Origin: a virus
Lineage: Duplodnaviria; Caudoviricetes
Direction: 5' to 3' (one strand)
Virus record (IMG/VR): IMGVR_UViG_3300025151_000046
Location: 1 to 53,757 of that record
DNA: 53,757 nucleotides
Shown: piece by piece, positions 9,412 to 21,000 of the stretch
Layout: every line of letters starts with the position of its first letter
Position numbering within the stretch: position 1 is the first letter of the stretch
Position numbers and translations under genes: made by a program
The notes under the pieces: generated by a model
What the model was told of the DNA's origin: nothing
Databases searched by the model: none
The model's input: only the letters and a program-made list of their open reading frames with translations

Positions 9412-11292
9412 ATGCCATCAACAGTTTACAAGGGCGACTTAGCAGAAGTATCTTTTGCTTCTGAAACAGGAATAAGAATTAATGCAAGTACAGATGCTAA
9501 CATTACTACAGTAACGGATGCAAATGCAGATTTTACAAAAGTTACTTTTACAGCAGTAAGTTCATGTCCTTTATTCTCAAGTAACAAATTAAAGTACCCA
9601 CAAAATTTGTTAATAGGTTCCCAAGTTAAATTTACTGATTCAGCATCCCAACTTAGTAATTCTGCCGATACTGCTGGTGTATTTACTATTGTTAGTAATG
9701 ATAATACCGATATACGAATAACTCCGGCTATGAAATCATCCAACTTAACAGGAAATAATAATGCTGGATTAGAACTTCACATTTTACCTTACAAAACACC
9801 ACCAATTGATGTTGGTATGAGTCTTGCTGCTAATAGCGAATCAGTATTGACAGACCAATTTTTGGGGATTGCAAACGCAATTACTCTTCCCGAAACTAAA
9901 ATTGATTTAAAGCGTTACCATGTTGTAGGACTTGGCCGTGATACATCAGTACAAGTGCCCGGTAAATTCATTACTGAAGGCGGCTCTTTTGAAGTGGCTA
10001 TGCATTCTGCTCGTTGGTTGAAATATTGTCTTGGTGGAGAAGTAGTAGCAGATGGTGACACTTCAAATGTTGCATCTGTGTTAGCAAGCGATGCGGTTGC
10101 CGGTGCATCTGATATTGTAGTTTCAGATTCTACTAATTTTGCTGTAGGTAAATTTGTTGAAATAGATGCAAAAGCATCTGATGATGATATAGCAATAGTG
10201 ACTACACACGAACCTGCTGAAACTATTTGGGATGGAACATTCAATGGTTTAGCATTTGACAAAGCATCTCCTTCCGAAATTAGAAGAATAGTAGCAGTTC
10301 AACCTCATAAGATATTCTTAGATGAACCATTAATGTTTAATCATACAAGTTCGGGAAGTGCTACTGCTGTAAAAGTTAGAGAGTACGGTGATGCAAACAC
10401 CAACGCCCCGGCTATTAGCGATGCAGGTGTTATCACAGATTCAGTAACTCACCTATTATTTACTAATACTACTCAACCATCTTTTAGCCTTGAGGTATCT
10501 CAAAGAAGAAGAAATGTAGATACAGACGAAGGGGCTACAGATGGTGGCTCTACAGATTCTAAAGAATTAACTCGTGTATTCCGTGGTTGTAAGGTTACTG
10601 ATTTCACCATGTCTACTGATAATGATGCTGCGCTAAGACTATCTGTAAACTTCAACTCAGCATTATGTTATACTGACACAGGAAGATTAGAGGGTGGTGA
10701 TTCAAGATATGCTTCTCATAGGATGTTTGATGATACTGCTAACACAGCAAATAATAGATTGCTTGCTGGAATTGGTAGGAAAACTCAGAAGCCGTTTATG
10801 TTTTACAACGGTACAATCAATATCGCTGGTATTCAAGTTGCCCAAGTATTGAATTTCAATTTAACAGGCCAAACAGGTATGCAAGCATTTCATACAGTGA
10901 ATGGTCAAAGTAGCCAAAACGCAAGCGGTACATCTCAAGTTCCTTTTGGTGGTTCAAGAAACACATCAGTTATGGTTGAAGGTCAAACAAGTTATGAAAT
11001 GACAATGGAAATTATTGTAGATGACCCAATATTCTATCACAAAATGCGCTCGGCTGAAGAGTTTAGTAGAAGTGCAGACGATACCACTGATAACCAAATT
11101 AGAATCAATTTTGAAAAGACAACAACTTCGGGTTCGGGTCACACTGAAAGAATGATGTTGATGATTGATGATTATGTAATTATAGAAGCACCACTGCAAA
11201 TTCCCGAAGATAAAGGTGCGGTAAAATCTGTATTGAAGATTATGCCAAAGACAATTAAAGTAATTGCAAGAGATACAATTCTAAAATATTGA
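9412..11292 (+). CDS. Major tail tube protein with inserted accessory domains
   Basis: Tube-like segments (QPSFSLEV, RVFRGCKVTDFTMS, YEMTMEIIV). Position is before the chaperones and tape measure. No sheath gene is seen. Confidence 0.6.
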   Translation: MPSTVYKGDLAEVSFASETGIRINASTDANITTVTDANADFTKVTFTAVSSCPLFSSNKLKYPQNLLIGSQVKFTDSASQLSNSADTAGVFTIVSNDNTDIRITPAMKSSNLTGNNNAGLELHILPYKTPPIDVGMSLAANSESVLTDQFLGIANAITLPETKIDLKRYHVVGLGRDTSVQVPGKFITEGGSFEVAMHSARWLKYCLGGEVVADGDTSNVASVLASDAVAGASDIVVSDSTNFAVGKFVEIDAKASDDDIAIVTTHEPAETIWDGTFNGLAFDKASPSEIRRIVAVQPHKIFLDEPLMFNHTSSGSATAVKVREYGDANTNAPAISDAGVITDSVTHLLFTNTTQPSFSLEVSQRRRNVDTDEGATDGGSTDSKELTRVFRGCKVTDFTMSTDNDAALRLSVNFNSALCYTDTGRLEGGDSRYASHRMFDDTANTANNRLLAGIGRKTQKPFMFYNGTINIAGIQVAQVLNFNLTGQTGMQAFHTVNGQSSQNASGTSQVPFGGSRNTSVMVEGQTSYEMTMEIIVDDPIFYHKMRSAEEFSRSADDTTDNQIRINFEKTTTSGSGHTERMMLMIDDYVIIEAPLQIPEDKGAVKSVLKIMPKTIKVIARDTILKY

Positions 11293-11301
11293 GGTGAGGA
11301 T

Positions 11302-11790
11302 ATGAAGAGGTCACTACAAAAATACCGCAGAATGGGTGCTTTAAATTACGCTCGATGGGTATGCGAAGTAAACGGTGTAGAATTTAGTGAAGAATTGATG
11401 TCTGACCTAGATAACCACGCTATTCATGCTATGGTATCTGACCTCCTACACCCTGTAGAAGAAGTATTAGTAGACGAAATCAACCCTCTTGTACAAGAAG
11501 AGGTTGTTAACCCATTCCCCGAAGAGATTCAAATGTACGATTCACTAACCGTAGCAGAATTGAGAGCCATTTGTGTTGAGCGTGAACTACCTGTTTACGG
11601 CACAAAGGCTGAAATTATTTTACGATTAAAGCAAAATGATATTCCCGAAGAAGAGTCTGACGGCCCTACTGAAGAAGTAGCCCCCGAAGATGATTCGGAA
11701 GCCCCTACCGAAGAGGTAGCCGCATCCAATGGAGAGGAAACTGATGAGCAAAACAGTAATACAGAACAAGAGCCTGTTGTTGAAGAATAA
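11302..11790 (+). CDS. SAP-domain acidic protein
   Basis: YDSLTVAELRAICVERELPVYGTKAEIILRL matches the SAP consensus; SD GAGGTGAGG. Confidence 0.7.
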   Translation: MKRSLQKYRRMGALNYARWVCEVNGVEFSEELMSDLDNHAIHAMVSDLLHPVEEVLVDEINPLVQEEVVNPFPEEIQMYDSLTVAELRAICVERELPVYGTKAEIILRLKQNDIPEEESDGPTEEVAPEDDSEAPTEEVAASNGEETDEQNSNTEQEPVVEE

Positions 11791-12115
11791 TGATACGATT
11801 AAACATACTATTGGTATAGACCCCAATGATGATAGTTTAGTCATGGAAGTTTGGGTAAGGGACATATCCTTCCTAGACATCCAAAACGCCGCACAAAAAA
11901 TGATTCGTGTAGTCAAAGGTGACGTATCACTTGATTTAGCAGGTTATTGGGAGTATGCTCTCTCTAATTGGATTACAAAAACCAACCCCGATTTGTCTAA
12001 GAAGGAACTCCTTTCATTGAAAGGATATGTCGGCGACCAAATATGTAAGATACTACCCCAACCTACTGAGATGATGGAGAGTCTGCAAGGGGGGTTTACC
12101 AAGCAGACCGCTTGA
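11744..12115 (+). CDS. Tail assembly chaperone (gpG-like)
   Basis: Lies between the tail tube and tape measure. ATG 11744 follows GGAGAGG. Ends just after a G6-TTT run. Confidence 0.6.
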   Translation: MSKTVIQNKSLLLKNNDTIKHTIGIDPNDDSLVMEVWVRDISFLDIQNAAQKMIRVVKGDVSLDLAGYWEYALSNWITKTNPDLSKKELLSLKGYVGDQICKILPQPTEMMESLQGGFTKQTA

Positions 12116-12387
12116 GGGTGGACAGTTTTCTAAAGAAAGAAGAATACGATAGTGCAGAAGATTTTCAAACACAAATAGAACTGTGGGCGTATATCATTGC
12201 AAAGCACTATAACATATCCCTCACTGAAGTCTATTCAATGCCAAACAACATCTTCAAACAATCACTTGTTTGGGCGATGGTGGCTACTGATGAGAACAAG
12301 AAAAACATAGAGCGTAAGAAGCAAGAAGCGAAAAGTGGAGATAGAGAAGTAGTAAACTTAGATTACTCGTTTTTAGATTGGGAGTGA
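12112..12387 (+). CDS. Tail assembly chaperone C-terminal part (gpT-like), probably reached by -1 frameshift
   Basis: In the -1 frame relative to the upstream ORF, open from 12070, with only a weak TTG start. The IIAKHYNISLTEVYSMP helix pattern is typical of gpT segments. Confidence 0.55.
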   Translation: MRVDSFLKKEEYDSAEDFQTQIELWAYIIAKHYNISLTEVYSMPNNIFKQSLVWAMVATDENKKNIERKKQEAKSGDREVVNLDYSFLDWE

Positions 12388-12391
12388 AATT

Positions 12392-13696
12392 ATGGTGATG
12401 TTATCATTGTTGGCTAGTATGTCCGGCTTAGTGACGAGTATAGGTACAGGTTTTGTCAAAGCCGGTACATTGGCTTCTCAAGCACTCCAAGCAGTTTCAC
12501 AATTTTTCAACGACTATATTGTACAACCAATGAAGGATTTATGGGAGTGGATGAAAGATGCTTGGGAATCCTTTCAAGGGTGGGCTTCTGATGCATGGAC
12601 AGCAACCGGCGAATTCCTAGATGAATATCTCGTACAACCCCTAAAGGTACTTTGGGGTTGGATGGAAGAAGGTTGGCAGTTATACCAAGATTGGGCATCT
12701 TTCTGTTGGAATCTCGTATTTGAGTTAATGAATGATTTATTCATATCACCTCTGAAGACATTTTGGGGATGGATAGAAGGTGCGTGGGAGTCCTTTACAG
12801 GGTGGGGTAGTGACGCATGGAGTATAATTAGTTCAGTATATACTAATTTATTTACAAACCCTATAGACACATATTGGAATTTACTAGGCACTATGTGGGA
12901 GACTTTATCGGGATGGGGAAGAAGCACATGGGAACTTATAGGAGTTGCGTTTGAAATTGCATTTGTTACTCCAATGATGTTCTTTTGGGATATGTTAAAG
13001 TCCATGTGGATAACTCTAGCAGGGTGGGGTAAGAGTACATGGGATACCGTTGGGGGTGCTTGGGACACTTATGTAGTAAAACCCATCAGTGTCTTCTTTA
13101 CATGGATGGATGAGACATGGACTTTAATTACAGACGGTATAAAAAATGCTTGGGAAAAACTTGACTTTGGAATTGTGCTTGAGGGTGGATGGAATTTTAT
13201 AATGGACTTGATTGATGACCCGGTTGGAACATTTACAAAAGTAGGTACTGCAATAGGAGAATGGGCAAGTGGACTTGGTGATACTTTTGCCAGCCTTCTC
13301 AAGTCACCAATTAACGGTATAATAGGGTTGATAAATTCATTCTTTGATTCAATTGATTTTTCAATAAGTCTTGAAAACCCATTTACGGGTACTGAATATT
13401 CTATAGGATTTGACTTATCGAGTTGGAATATTCCTCTATTGGCTAAGGGTGGTATCGTTGATAAACCAACTCTTGCAATGATAGGTGAAGATGGGCCGGA
13501 GGCTGTCATACCACTATCTCAAAGAAACAACCCGCAAGGAGTTGGTATGGGTGGAGGTACATTCAACATTACTGTAAACGCAAGCGGTATTACAGACCGT
13601 ACAGACAAGCGCAGCCTTGCTCGTGAGATTGGTAATATGATTCAACAGGAGATGGCTCGTAACATCGGTGGTGCAACAATGAGAGGTAGATACTGA
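12392..13696 (+). CDS. Tape measure protein (short)
   Basis: Amphipathic Trp-periodic repeats. The C-terminal LAKGGIV...MIGEDGPEAVIPL motif is common at TMP C-termini. Confidence 0.8.
   Translation: MVMLSLLASMSGLVTSIGTGFVKAGTLASQALQAVSQFFNDYIVQPMKDLWEWMKDAWESFQGWASDAWTATGEFLDEYLVQPLKVLWGWMEEGWQLYQDWASFCWNLVFELMNDLFISPLKTFWGWIEGAWESFTGWGSDAWSIISSVYTNLFTNPIDTYWNLLGTMWETLSGWGRSTWELIGVAFEIAFVTPMMFFWDMLKSMWITLAGWGKSTWDTVGGAWDTYVVKPISVFFTWMDETWTLITDGIKNAWEKLDFGIVLEGGWNFIMDLIDDPVGTFTKVGTAIGEWASGLGDTFASLLKSPINGIIGLINSFFDSIDFSISLENPFTGTEYSIGFDLSSWNIPLLAKGGIVDKPTLAMIGEDGPEAVIPLSQRNNPQGVGMGGGTFNITVNASGITDRTDKRSLAREIGNMIQQEMARNIGGATMRGRY
12524..13078 (+). repeat. Five degenerate 111-bp (37-aa) tandem repeats in the tape measure gene
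   Basis: x-Pro units start at 12524, 12635, 12746, 12857, 12968 and 13079, each with a W-x6-W-x5-W-x4-W pattern. Confidence 0.85.
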
Positions 13697-15051
13697 TGAG
13701 TACCCCAATTCGCTTAGTAAAAAACAATGGTGATACTATTGACCTAGTGTGTACTACTCTAACTATGAATGTACAAAGAGGTGTATCACCTATCACGTTA
13801 CCGTTTTTGGGTGCTACTAGATTAGGGTTTGATTTGAACTTACCAAGTTCTGTAATCTCAATGGAGGGTTACATTACTGATGATGATAAGTTTTCAAGTG
13901 GCGGTGCAGTAGCAGCACACGCAATAATTGATTTTGGTAATAATGAACCCGACCACAACTTTTCTGATGCAGGTAATATAGTAAATTTGATTACAGGCAC
14001 TACTGCAAATGACGCTACAACTGCTATCAACGCTGTTACTATAGCAAACGTAACTCATGGCTCAATTAATTTTACGCAGCAACCAACTAATTTTACAGAT
14101 GCTACTGCTGATGTAACTGATGGTGATGCTACTGTAACTGTAGATTCTACTGAGTCTATATCTGTTGGTATGACAGTAACAGGGACACATATTCCAAGTA
14201 ATACTACTGTCGCATCTATAACCAATGCTACTACGTTTGAATTATCACAAGCAGCAAGCGGTGGTAGTTACACAAACGGTACACTAACTTTTAGTGGATT
14301 TTATGGATTTCAAGGATTTACTAATCAGAATCATTGGGTTGGTGTGTACAATAGCACAACATCTACTGCAAGAACTGCTGCCGAAATAGCAGCAGATTTT
14401 GCTGCGCTAGTAAATCTTAGAACTTCTGTATTCGGTATGACAGCAACGGTGATAAATTCGCCAACCACAGGTAGCACTAATACTGCCGTTAAGTTAACAC
14501 AAAATAGTGTTGGAAAAAGTGGTAATACTAATTATCCATCTTTTGGAAAATATAACAGTGTATCTGCTAAACCATATCATATACTTTTCAAAGGTGGTAA
14601 AACTGCTTCTACTAGCAGTGGGCATAGTGCTGGTGATAGGGTTGCTGAATTATATGCTACACTAAACAATTCAAACAATGGTGGTCTTTCAACCATTCCC
14701 GGTACCTTACTTACAGGAATAGGAAGAGGGCTTACAGGTAATAGTCTAGGAGAAGATGGTACAAGTGGTGCTGATGCCAAGTATGGAGATTATATCATAG
14801 GACTTCAGATACCATTTACGTCAAAAATAAATAATAATTCATCTCTATTCTATATGCCAACAGGTGCTTTCAAAGATATATTCGATAAAACAGCAGACAA
14901 CGCATTACCTGCTGGTACAGAATTTTCTCCGTATGATGGAGAATATACAGGCATAAAAGGTACAATTGCTGATGCTACATTTGTACAACTTGGTGGTGAA
15001 CCAATATACAGTTTTACAATTAACTTCTTCCCGATTGATTGGATTATATGA
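13696..15051 (+). CDS. Distal tail (Dit-like) protein with inserted domains
   Basis: Directly follows the TMP. N-terminal GFDLNLPSSVISMEG and C-terminal YSFTINF strands flank Thr-rich inserts. Confidence 0.5.
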   Translation: MSTPIRLVKNNGDTIDLVCTTLTMNVQRGVSPITLPFLGATRLGFDLNLPSSVISMEGYITDDDKFSSGGAVAAHAIIDFGNNEPDHNFSDAGNIVNLITGTTANDATTAINAVTIANVTHGSINFTQQPTNFTDATADVTDGDATVTVDSTESISVGMTVTGTHIPSNTTVASITNATTFELSQAASGGSYTNGTLTFSGFYGFQGFTNQNHWVGVYNSTTSTARTAAEIAADFAALVNLRTSVFGMTATVINSPTTGSTNTAVKLTQNSVGKSGNTNYPSFGKYNSVSAKPYHILFKGGKTASTSSGHSAGDRVAELYATLNNSNNGGLSTIPGTLLTGIGRGLTGNSLGEDGTSGADAKYGDYIIGLQIPFTSKINNNSSLFYMPTGAFKDIFDKTADNALPAGTEFSPYDGEYTGIKGTIADATFVQLGGEPIYSFTINFFPIDWII

Positions 15052-15060
15052 TGTGATATT

Positions 15061-18000
15061 ATGGTAGCAATTGGTCGTAGTAGTCATGCATATTTCTTTG
15101 ATGGGGTTTCTGATTCTATCATTGTACCGCAAGGTAGGTTTAGAAAAACAGGCACAGGGAATGCACAAGGAAACAATGTCTCTGTAAAAACACTTGATGG
15201 TAGTGATGATAGAACAAACATAACAGGTAAAAACGATACAGAGTTTATTATTGAAACATTCGTAATTCCCGATTGCGGTGGTGTTATTGCATTCCGTGAA
15301 GGACAGTTCTCGCTTGAGATGGGTACAGTAGACACACCGGGGCCAGCAGTGTTTACACTAAATACAGAGTCAATTCAAGGCCCATCTTTCATTAAACTAA
15401 CAACTGCTTTCGATACCACTACAAGATGGGATGGTATAGTATTTCCTCAACAAGTTAGTGGAGGAATACATGATACATACAATAGGTATGACAGTAGTTT
15501 AGATGAAGCCACCAATCTTAATTTTAACAACAGACCACTATACCATGTTGTTGCTGGATTGTTGAAAAACAAAGTATTCCTTAGTGTAAATGGTGAGATA
15601 GTAGCATCTCAATCTGTACCCGATAGTACAGTAGTAGCCCGTAGTACAGACCACGTTTACATTGGTGGGAAGGGTGGTGAATTCCGTGGTGCTATCGAAG
15701 CACTACACATGACTAGCAACTTTACAGAAGAGATGTTACTACCTCACATTCCTGTAAAAACACCAGCGTCTTCTGCACTATTTAGGTTTGAAGAACCTAT
15801 TGACATCATAGAAGAATCATATTCCTTTACTGCTTTCACTGCTGCTTCTGACGGTACAACCACTACTCTCACTATTCCGGCAGCAGATGCTCAAGCACTG
15901 ATTGCTAGGCTAACAGGTAAAGCCTACGACTCGTCTTCTCCTACTACCGATTTTAGAGCCACCCCATACAGTATGGGTAACTACAAAGTAACCGATTACT
16001 ACACCACCCCAAGTACACCATCTACTATTGCTACTGCTCACACACCTTACAATCTGTTAATTAATCCGGGTGCTGTAAATCGTAACTCTCACAAACCAAA
16101 TCAGTCTCCACCCGAAAGAGTTAGACTCCACAGCATAAACGGTTCAACCGGTGTGATTACAGTATCTAGTATTCACATTGATTTCGTAAACGGTACTAAC
16201 GGTTTGAGAGGATTACTTCACTCTCGTACTGCTGATGTGGACAATTACTTCGTAGTAATAGGTGCTGACTTACTAATTGACAATGGTACAGGTAAACCAT
16301 ACCAACCACCACACTACGGTACACAGATTTTCGACAAGACGGGTCAAATGACTATTGATGAAAGTTCATTTGAGAATCATGGATTTGTATATTCATCTCG
16401 TATGGCTACCACTACAAGTGACCCTAACAACCCGTTTGCTGTAAATTGGCCTTCGGGACTTGATGCTTTGTTCCAAGTAGGTCACAGTGGTAGACACTTG
16501 TATTCTCATATTACAGGTCATGAATACATGCGGAGGTTCCCAAAGCCTACTGACATGATAATTGACCAGCAAATTGATGGCTCTGCTGACATAGTAGAAA
16601 TGGTCTATGAGAACTCAACACAGTCTATTCAAGAAATGTTTACCATGAATGGATTGATTGATTTTTACAATGATGCGATTGAAGCACCAATTGCTAGAAT
16701 TAAAAATTCTTCAACTGTAGCGTCTATCGTAAACAATGGACTACCTGCATCCAAGAAGGAATTAATTGCGATAGGTGGATTAGGGTTTGACTATGCACCA
16801 TTTATGCTCAAGGGACCGGTACCGGAATATGGAGACATAAACGATACCACTAGGTTGTACCACTTATCTCCCGAATCAAAAAGTCGTATTGCCTTACTAC
16901 ATGTTCCTGCTCTAAAATCATCTTACGATTACGCACCGTATGTAGAAATACACTACAACGCTATTGATTTGACAGGTGCAAGTATGAGTATATCCGGTCC
17001 AATGCTGATGGTAGAAAAGACCGTACCGGCAGGTAATCACATAGTTACAGGTTCTACAACTATCTTAGACGTAATCACTGCTGACCTTGCTAACACCACT
17101 CTGTATTCTGCTGGTGGTATAATCACTCTAACCAACGCCATAGATGGGTTTGGTGCCAACCTAGAAGACTCTCACACACTTATTGGAGACAATACAGGTG
17201 GACAAGAAAACGATGTGGAATTAGATTACAGCACTACCCCTGCGTTGTACACTCCCGATGATGATGTGTCTGCTATTCCTGCTTCACCACCTAAAGGAAT
17301 ATCTCGTTCTCACAACAACGCTGTACATGAGTCTGTATATCACAAACTGTGTATTGAAGCAAGGTCACCTATAAGTCAGAATACTAATACCGATGCTGAC
17401 GGTATAGGTAACTTCACCCTAAAACCACTAACTGAAAAGTCGGGTACGGGTGTATTTGACATCGGACCAACCACCTCATCGTCAAGATTGTTTGAGATAT
17501 ACGACATCATTGACAATGTGCGAATTACAGATGAGGCAGGTATATACTGCAAGATTTTCGTGCAGCCTTCAAATAAATTAAGGAGTAATCAATTATCCTT
17601 GATTAGAACTGCTGAAACAGATACAGTACCTAACATTGCAAGTATAATGGTACTGATGAGTAGATGTCGTATTCGTGATGTAAAGAATGTCCAAGATGCT
17701 GAAAACAACATGGTGATTACATCTGTAGTCGGTAAGGGTATTGCAGATAGTTTCGTCAATGAAAACGTCAGCGTAATAGGAAGCGGTTCGCCGGATTCTC
17801 ATATTGTAAAAGAGATTGAACCTAACTCTCCTGTAGTTACTGTCAATCTTGGTGGGCCGGGGCAGGGGGCGGTGAATACCAAGCCTACATTCGACCCTAG
17901 TCCACTAATGAGACTACCCGGCTCTACAAGACGTAACTGTGTAATACAGGCTGTCCGTGTAAATACAGATACTTCTGATACCCATCAATCAATAACTGTA

Positions 18001-21000
18001 GTACCAATAAATAATGAGTCGCCCGACGTACAATCATGGGGTACAATCTGCTTTCCAAAGGTTGGAAGAATATATCTTGAAGACGGTGCAAGCGCAGAGT
18101 ATTCATCAAAAGTCGGTGCAGGTTTCTTATTCGATGATACTAATGCGGTAGCAGATAGAAAATATTTGGATGCTGCTGGTGTTGCATATGATACTTTACA
18201 CAAGTGGATGCAAGCCAATAATCTGTATTCATATACTAATGCGGGGACATACTCAGTATCGTTTTTCATTTCTAATGACCCCGATTTCGATAATAGTAAT
18301 TTAACGCAAGATGGTAGCACCGTAAACGACAGACTTTTCCAAACCATTAGTGACGTAACTCACGATTACCAACTTGGTACTCAGTATGCAAGCACAAGAG
18401 CAATGGTGGAGATACCTGTATTCCCTAAGCAGTTCTTCGACCATACTGCTGAAGGTATATTCCCCGGTCCCGATAATAGTATGAAATTGCATATTGATGC
18501 AACCTATACAGCCCATACTTGGAACCCTACTCCTGTAGGCCGCAGAGCCAAAGACATAGAGGCTGCTGATAAAGAGGTATTTTCAGCGTATTCTTACAAT
18601 GTACAAAACAAAAACTATGTTCAAAGTGCTACTATTACAAAGGTAGAAACTGTATCTAACAACATACGAATTTATGTTTCACATCCACATATGTTCCCCG
18701 ATGCTACTTTAACTGCAAGATACGGTAACATGGCACCAAGAGTTGGGTATAGAAGAGTGTTTTTAGGAAGTGGTGATTGGGGTATATACGATAATAATCC
18801 AACCTCTGATGGATATATCTCGATACCCGATGGGTATGTATCTGCTGGATATGATAATGGTTTTACTGAGAACTTTAAGACTAATGCTACTGTAGGTTCT
18901 AAAATACACATTACGTCGGGAATAAATAACCAAGTCTTAATTCCTATAAGCGGAGGTGCAGGGCTTCCATCATCTGATTTTGAAGGCAGGTCTAACTTTT
19001 ATCATGACAGTGCAAATGTTCAAACTCAAGGTGGTAATCTCGATTACGGTTTACGTCAATATGTCAGTGCTGTAGAGTTCAAAGCGGGGCCATTGGCTAA
19101 TCCTCATGCACCTCGTATAGAATACGGTAGAGCAAAGGCTACTATTGTTGCTGCTAGAATAGATGGAAGAATGCACTTAACTTTGGATGATGCATCCCTA
19201 TTCCCCGACCCTCCGTATTCAAGAGATTCAAATAACGCTGTAGAATTTAACTTAGGTGATTACCTATATATTGTCGAAATAGGGTTAGATACTCCCGAAG
19301 AAGTGCTGTATTTTGGTACATTACAGGGTAGTCCTACAAGTAATGAAATAGTTATAGAACGTAAATTCGGTAGTTCAATTACTTTAGATAATGTGGTTGG
19401 TAAATCAATCTACCTAAAGAAAGCAGTACTTGCTTGGAAATCTATTTCAGACCCTTCAAATATTGGGGCTAATGAAGCAGACACGGCCATATTTGACTCA
19501 ATTTGGAAAAGCACAGTAAGTGTTGCTTCGGGTACTACAGACGCTTTTTGCGTAAGTCATACATCTTCTTACTTGAAATTAGGTGCTAATACAATTGGAC
19601 TTAATATAAGAAAAGGTGATAAAATTTATTCAAGAACCGGTAACGCTAATTACATTGGTGAGGTAAGTGCTGTCATAGATAATACATATGGCCCACTAAC
19701 TAATTTTGATATAGCATCTTGCACAGTAACTAATGGCATTCCCACCATTACAGGTATATCAAGCACCTCTAATATTGTAGTAGGTATGGCAGTTACAGGA
19801 AATGGTATTCCGTCTAATACTCATGTATTAACAGTTGATTCAAGCACTCAAATTACTTTGGATAAAAATGCAACAGGACTTGGCTCAAGCCCTTCTTCTG
19901 AAACACTTTCATTTGAGGTTGAGGGTGCAATAATTAAATTAACAGGAAATAATCTTGTTGGTACTAACCCAAGTGTTGCTACAATTGGAGTTGCAATTGG
20001 TGACACTACTTCAGAAGATTTCGATGCAGTATTAAATCGCTCTTGGATATATCCATATGCACAAGGTGGTTTGCGTAATGGAGATACTGTATGGATGAAT
20101 ATGACCCTAAACAACCCTCATGCTGTTGAAGGTCTATTTTGTAAAAGTCGTGGTGTACTAAACGAAGCACTCGTATGGAATGGTTTCAACGGTGGTAGAG
20201 GCGCATTGGCTGGTAGTCCTCGTGATAGCATACCACTTGAAAACTTCTTAATTGGTAATTCATGTCTTGAAACGGCACAAAACTTTGCACAACATATTAA
20301 CAAAACAATTGAGTTAAACTATGAAGCATTTGGCTTAGATGCTAGTCAAGCCCCCACTATTGCATATGTAGACCCATATCTGTCTACAGATGGACATGCT
20401 CGTGTACTACTGTATGATGTGGCACATGACCGTGAGTTTATTGCTTTCCACGATATTCACATGCAAGTACAATCAAGCGCATCTACTCCAACTGTAGGGT
20501 ACACAAGAAATATTGTATATGCAAATGGAAATACAGGTAATTTAGATAAGATTCTTTCGGGAATAAACGGTAATGCACCTCATTATTTAACAACTCAAAT
20601 AGATGTAATGAATGGTTTTCCGTCTGAAAATAGATTTATTCGCAGAACTCAACAATCTAAATTTATTGAAAGCGCATATGCACACAATGTACCGAGTATG
20701 ACTTCAAAAGATTTAACTCAGAGTACAGGTGGTACAGAAACAACATATAATTTGAAAAATCCATCTACTTCGGGTAATAACTCTCATCGTAAAGGTAAGG
20801 GTCACGGTCACTTTGTGCATACAGGTCTTTACCATGAAGGTACATCTGATACTCATAATATTGGTGATAGTGTATTACCAAGAGTAGAGCCAGCAGTAGC
20901 ATCTGTATATTGGTCGGTTGAAAAACACAAACTGTCGAGAAAAGCAAATGGAGAAAATTTATTATTAAATAAACTTAGAGAGCATAGATTGTCTCAAAAT

